Virus record (IMG/VR): IMGVR_UViG_3300021960_000017
From: a virus
Lineage: Duplodnaviria; Caudoviricetes
Length of the DNA: 64,000 nucleotides
Reading direction: 5' to 3' (one strand)
Shown here: positions 63,288 to 64,000 of the stretch, piece by piece
Numbering within the stretch: the stretch's first letter is position 1
Layout: each line of letters starts with the position of its first letter
Made by a program: the position numbers and the translations under genes
The notes under the pieces: generated by a model
Databases searched by the model: none
What the model was told of the DNA's origin: nothing
What the model saw: only the letters and a program-made list of their open reading frames with translations

Positions 63288-63819
63288 ACCTACACCAGTA
63301 GAATTAGCAATTAAAGAACATATTGCAAGAGGCGTTCCTTTTAGCGAATGCATGTTTCGTCCAGGTAGTAAAGCGTTTACAGAGTTCTATAACACCCTAA
63401 GAGAAATGCGTGATACTCTAGAGTTAGATTGGCAGGATCAGGAACTACTTGATACAGATATTGGCGAATGTGTTGTTATTGAAGGTGAACGTGTTCCTCT
63501 TGATGTTCCTATTGAAGAAGAAGTTGAACTTGATGAAGCAGAATATCAGGGCAAGCAAGTTAAACTTAATTCTCCAAAGCGTGGCGGAAGCAAAAAGTTC
63601 TATGTATATGTAAAGAACCCAAAGACTGATCGTGTTAAAAAAATTAGTTGGGGTGACACAACGGGCCTAAGTGTAAAGGCCAAAAACCGCGGCGCAGTTC
63701 GTAGTTTTGTTGCACGACATAAATGTATGCAAGCCAATGACAAACTTACTGCAAGATACTGGAGTTGCCGCACACCACGCTATAAAGCACTTGGTGTTAA
63801 AGGCGGAGCTTGGTGGTGA
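63262..63819 (+). CDS. Putative internal virion protein with basic C-terminal domain
   Basis: MRFSEL leader; KKFYVYVKNP...ARHKC...ARYWSC. Confidence 0.7.
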   Translation: MRFSELTHKPTPVELAIKEHIARGVPFSECMFRPGSKAFTEFYNTLREMRDTLELDWQDQELLDTDIGECVVIEGERVPLDVPIEEEVELDEAEYQGKQVKLNSPKRGGSKKFYVYVKNPKTDRVKKISWGDTTGLSVKAKNRGAVRSFVARHKCMQANDKLTARYWSCRTPRYKALGVKGGAWW

Positions 63820-64000
63820 GCCCTTATACAGAGTCCCGCAAAGACAATGTAATTACAAGAAAATTTTCTCCTAACGTTGACAGTGACGAACTTGTCTGGC
63901 ACAGAGACAGGCGTGACCGTAGCATTACTATAGTTGAAGGTACTGACTGGAAACTACAAATGGATAATGAACTTCCAGTAACATTAAAGCCTGGTGATAG
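63816..64000 (+). CDS. Small cupin-like protein, truncated by the window end
   Basis: GTG start overlapping a stop; ELVWHRD...WKLQMDNELPVTLKPG. Confidence 0.6.
   Translation, partial: MSPYTESRKDNVITRKFSPNVDSDELVWHRDRRDRSITIVEGTDWKLQMDNELPVTLKPGD

Noticed and set aside
89-63819. Short ORFs in the track that are antisense to or nested in long genes (e.g. 1560..1862, 17367..17696, 33145..33522, 44679..45206, 49403..49831)
   Set aside because: Shadow frames of well-supported genes, with no SD or motifs
1-64000. CRISPR array
   Set aside because: No series of equal-length repeats with unique spacers; the 35-bp repeat has only two copies 1.5 kb apart and the 60-bp repeat is coding
1-64000. rRNA, integrase, transposase or IS elements
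   Set aside because: No recognisable motifs

Overview
A 64-kb segment of a large, AT-rich, gene-dense tailed-phage genome (T4-superfamily-like, probably aquatic). It has no rRNA. It carries six CCA-encoding tRNAs, recurrent sigma70-type early promoters, (A/T)ATAAATA late-promoter motifs, virion and lysis genes, a clamp loader and homing endonucleases. Host-like genes are numerous: UvsE, two TctA+TctC-like transporter pairs (one in an operon with PxpB/PxpC-like genes), IF-1, IscA, MazG, a CysC-like kinase plus an HxGH nucleotidyltransferase, GroES, DnaJ, ClpA, PhoH, and PstS preceded by a four-unit 11-bp-periodic Pho-box-like array. Best leads: (1) the TctA-TctC-PxpB-PxpC-PP-loop operon; (2) a family of putative internal head proteins with a shared N-terminal leader, including a 984-aa multi-enzyme polyprotein-like ORF; (3) a putative restriction-modification pair bracketed by an exact 35-bp direct repeat; (4) promoter-in-hairpin translational switches; (5) a DnaE fragment that stops just before the catalytic motif; (6) unannotated small ORFs (ArfA-like, Cys-rich) and candidate structured RNAs. 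All protein calls come from motif recognition by eye; no database searches were run.
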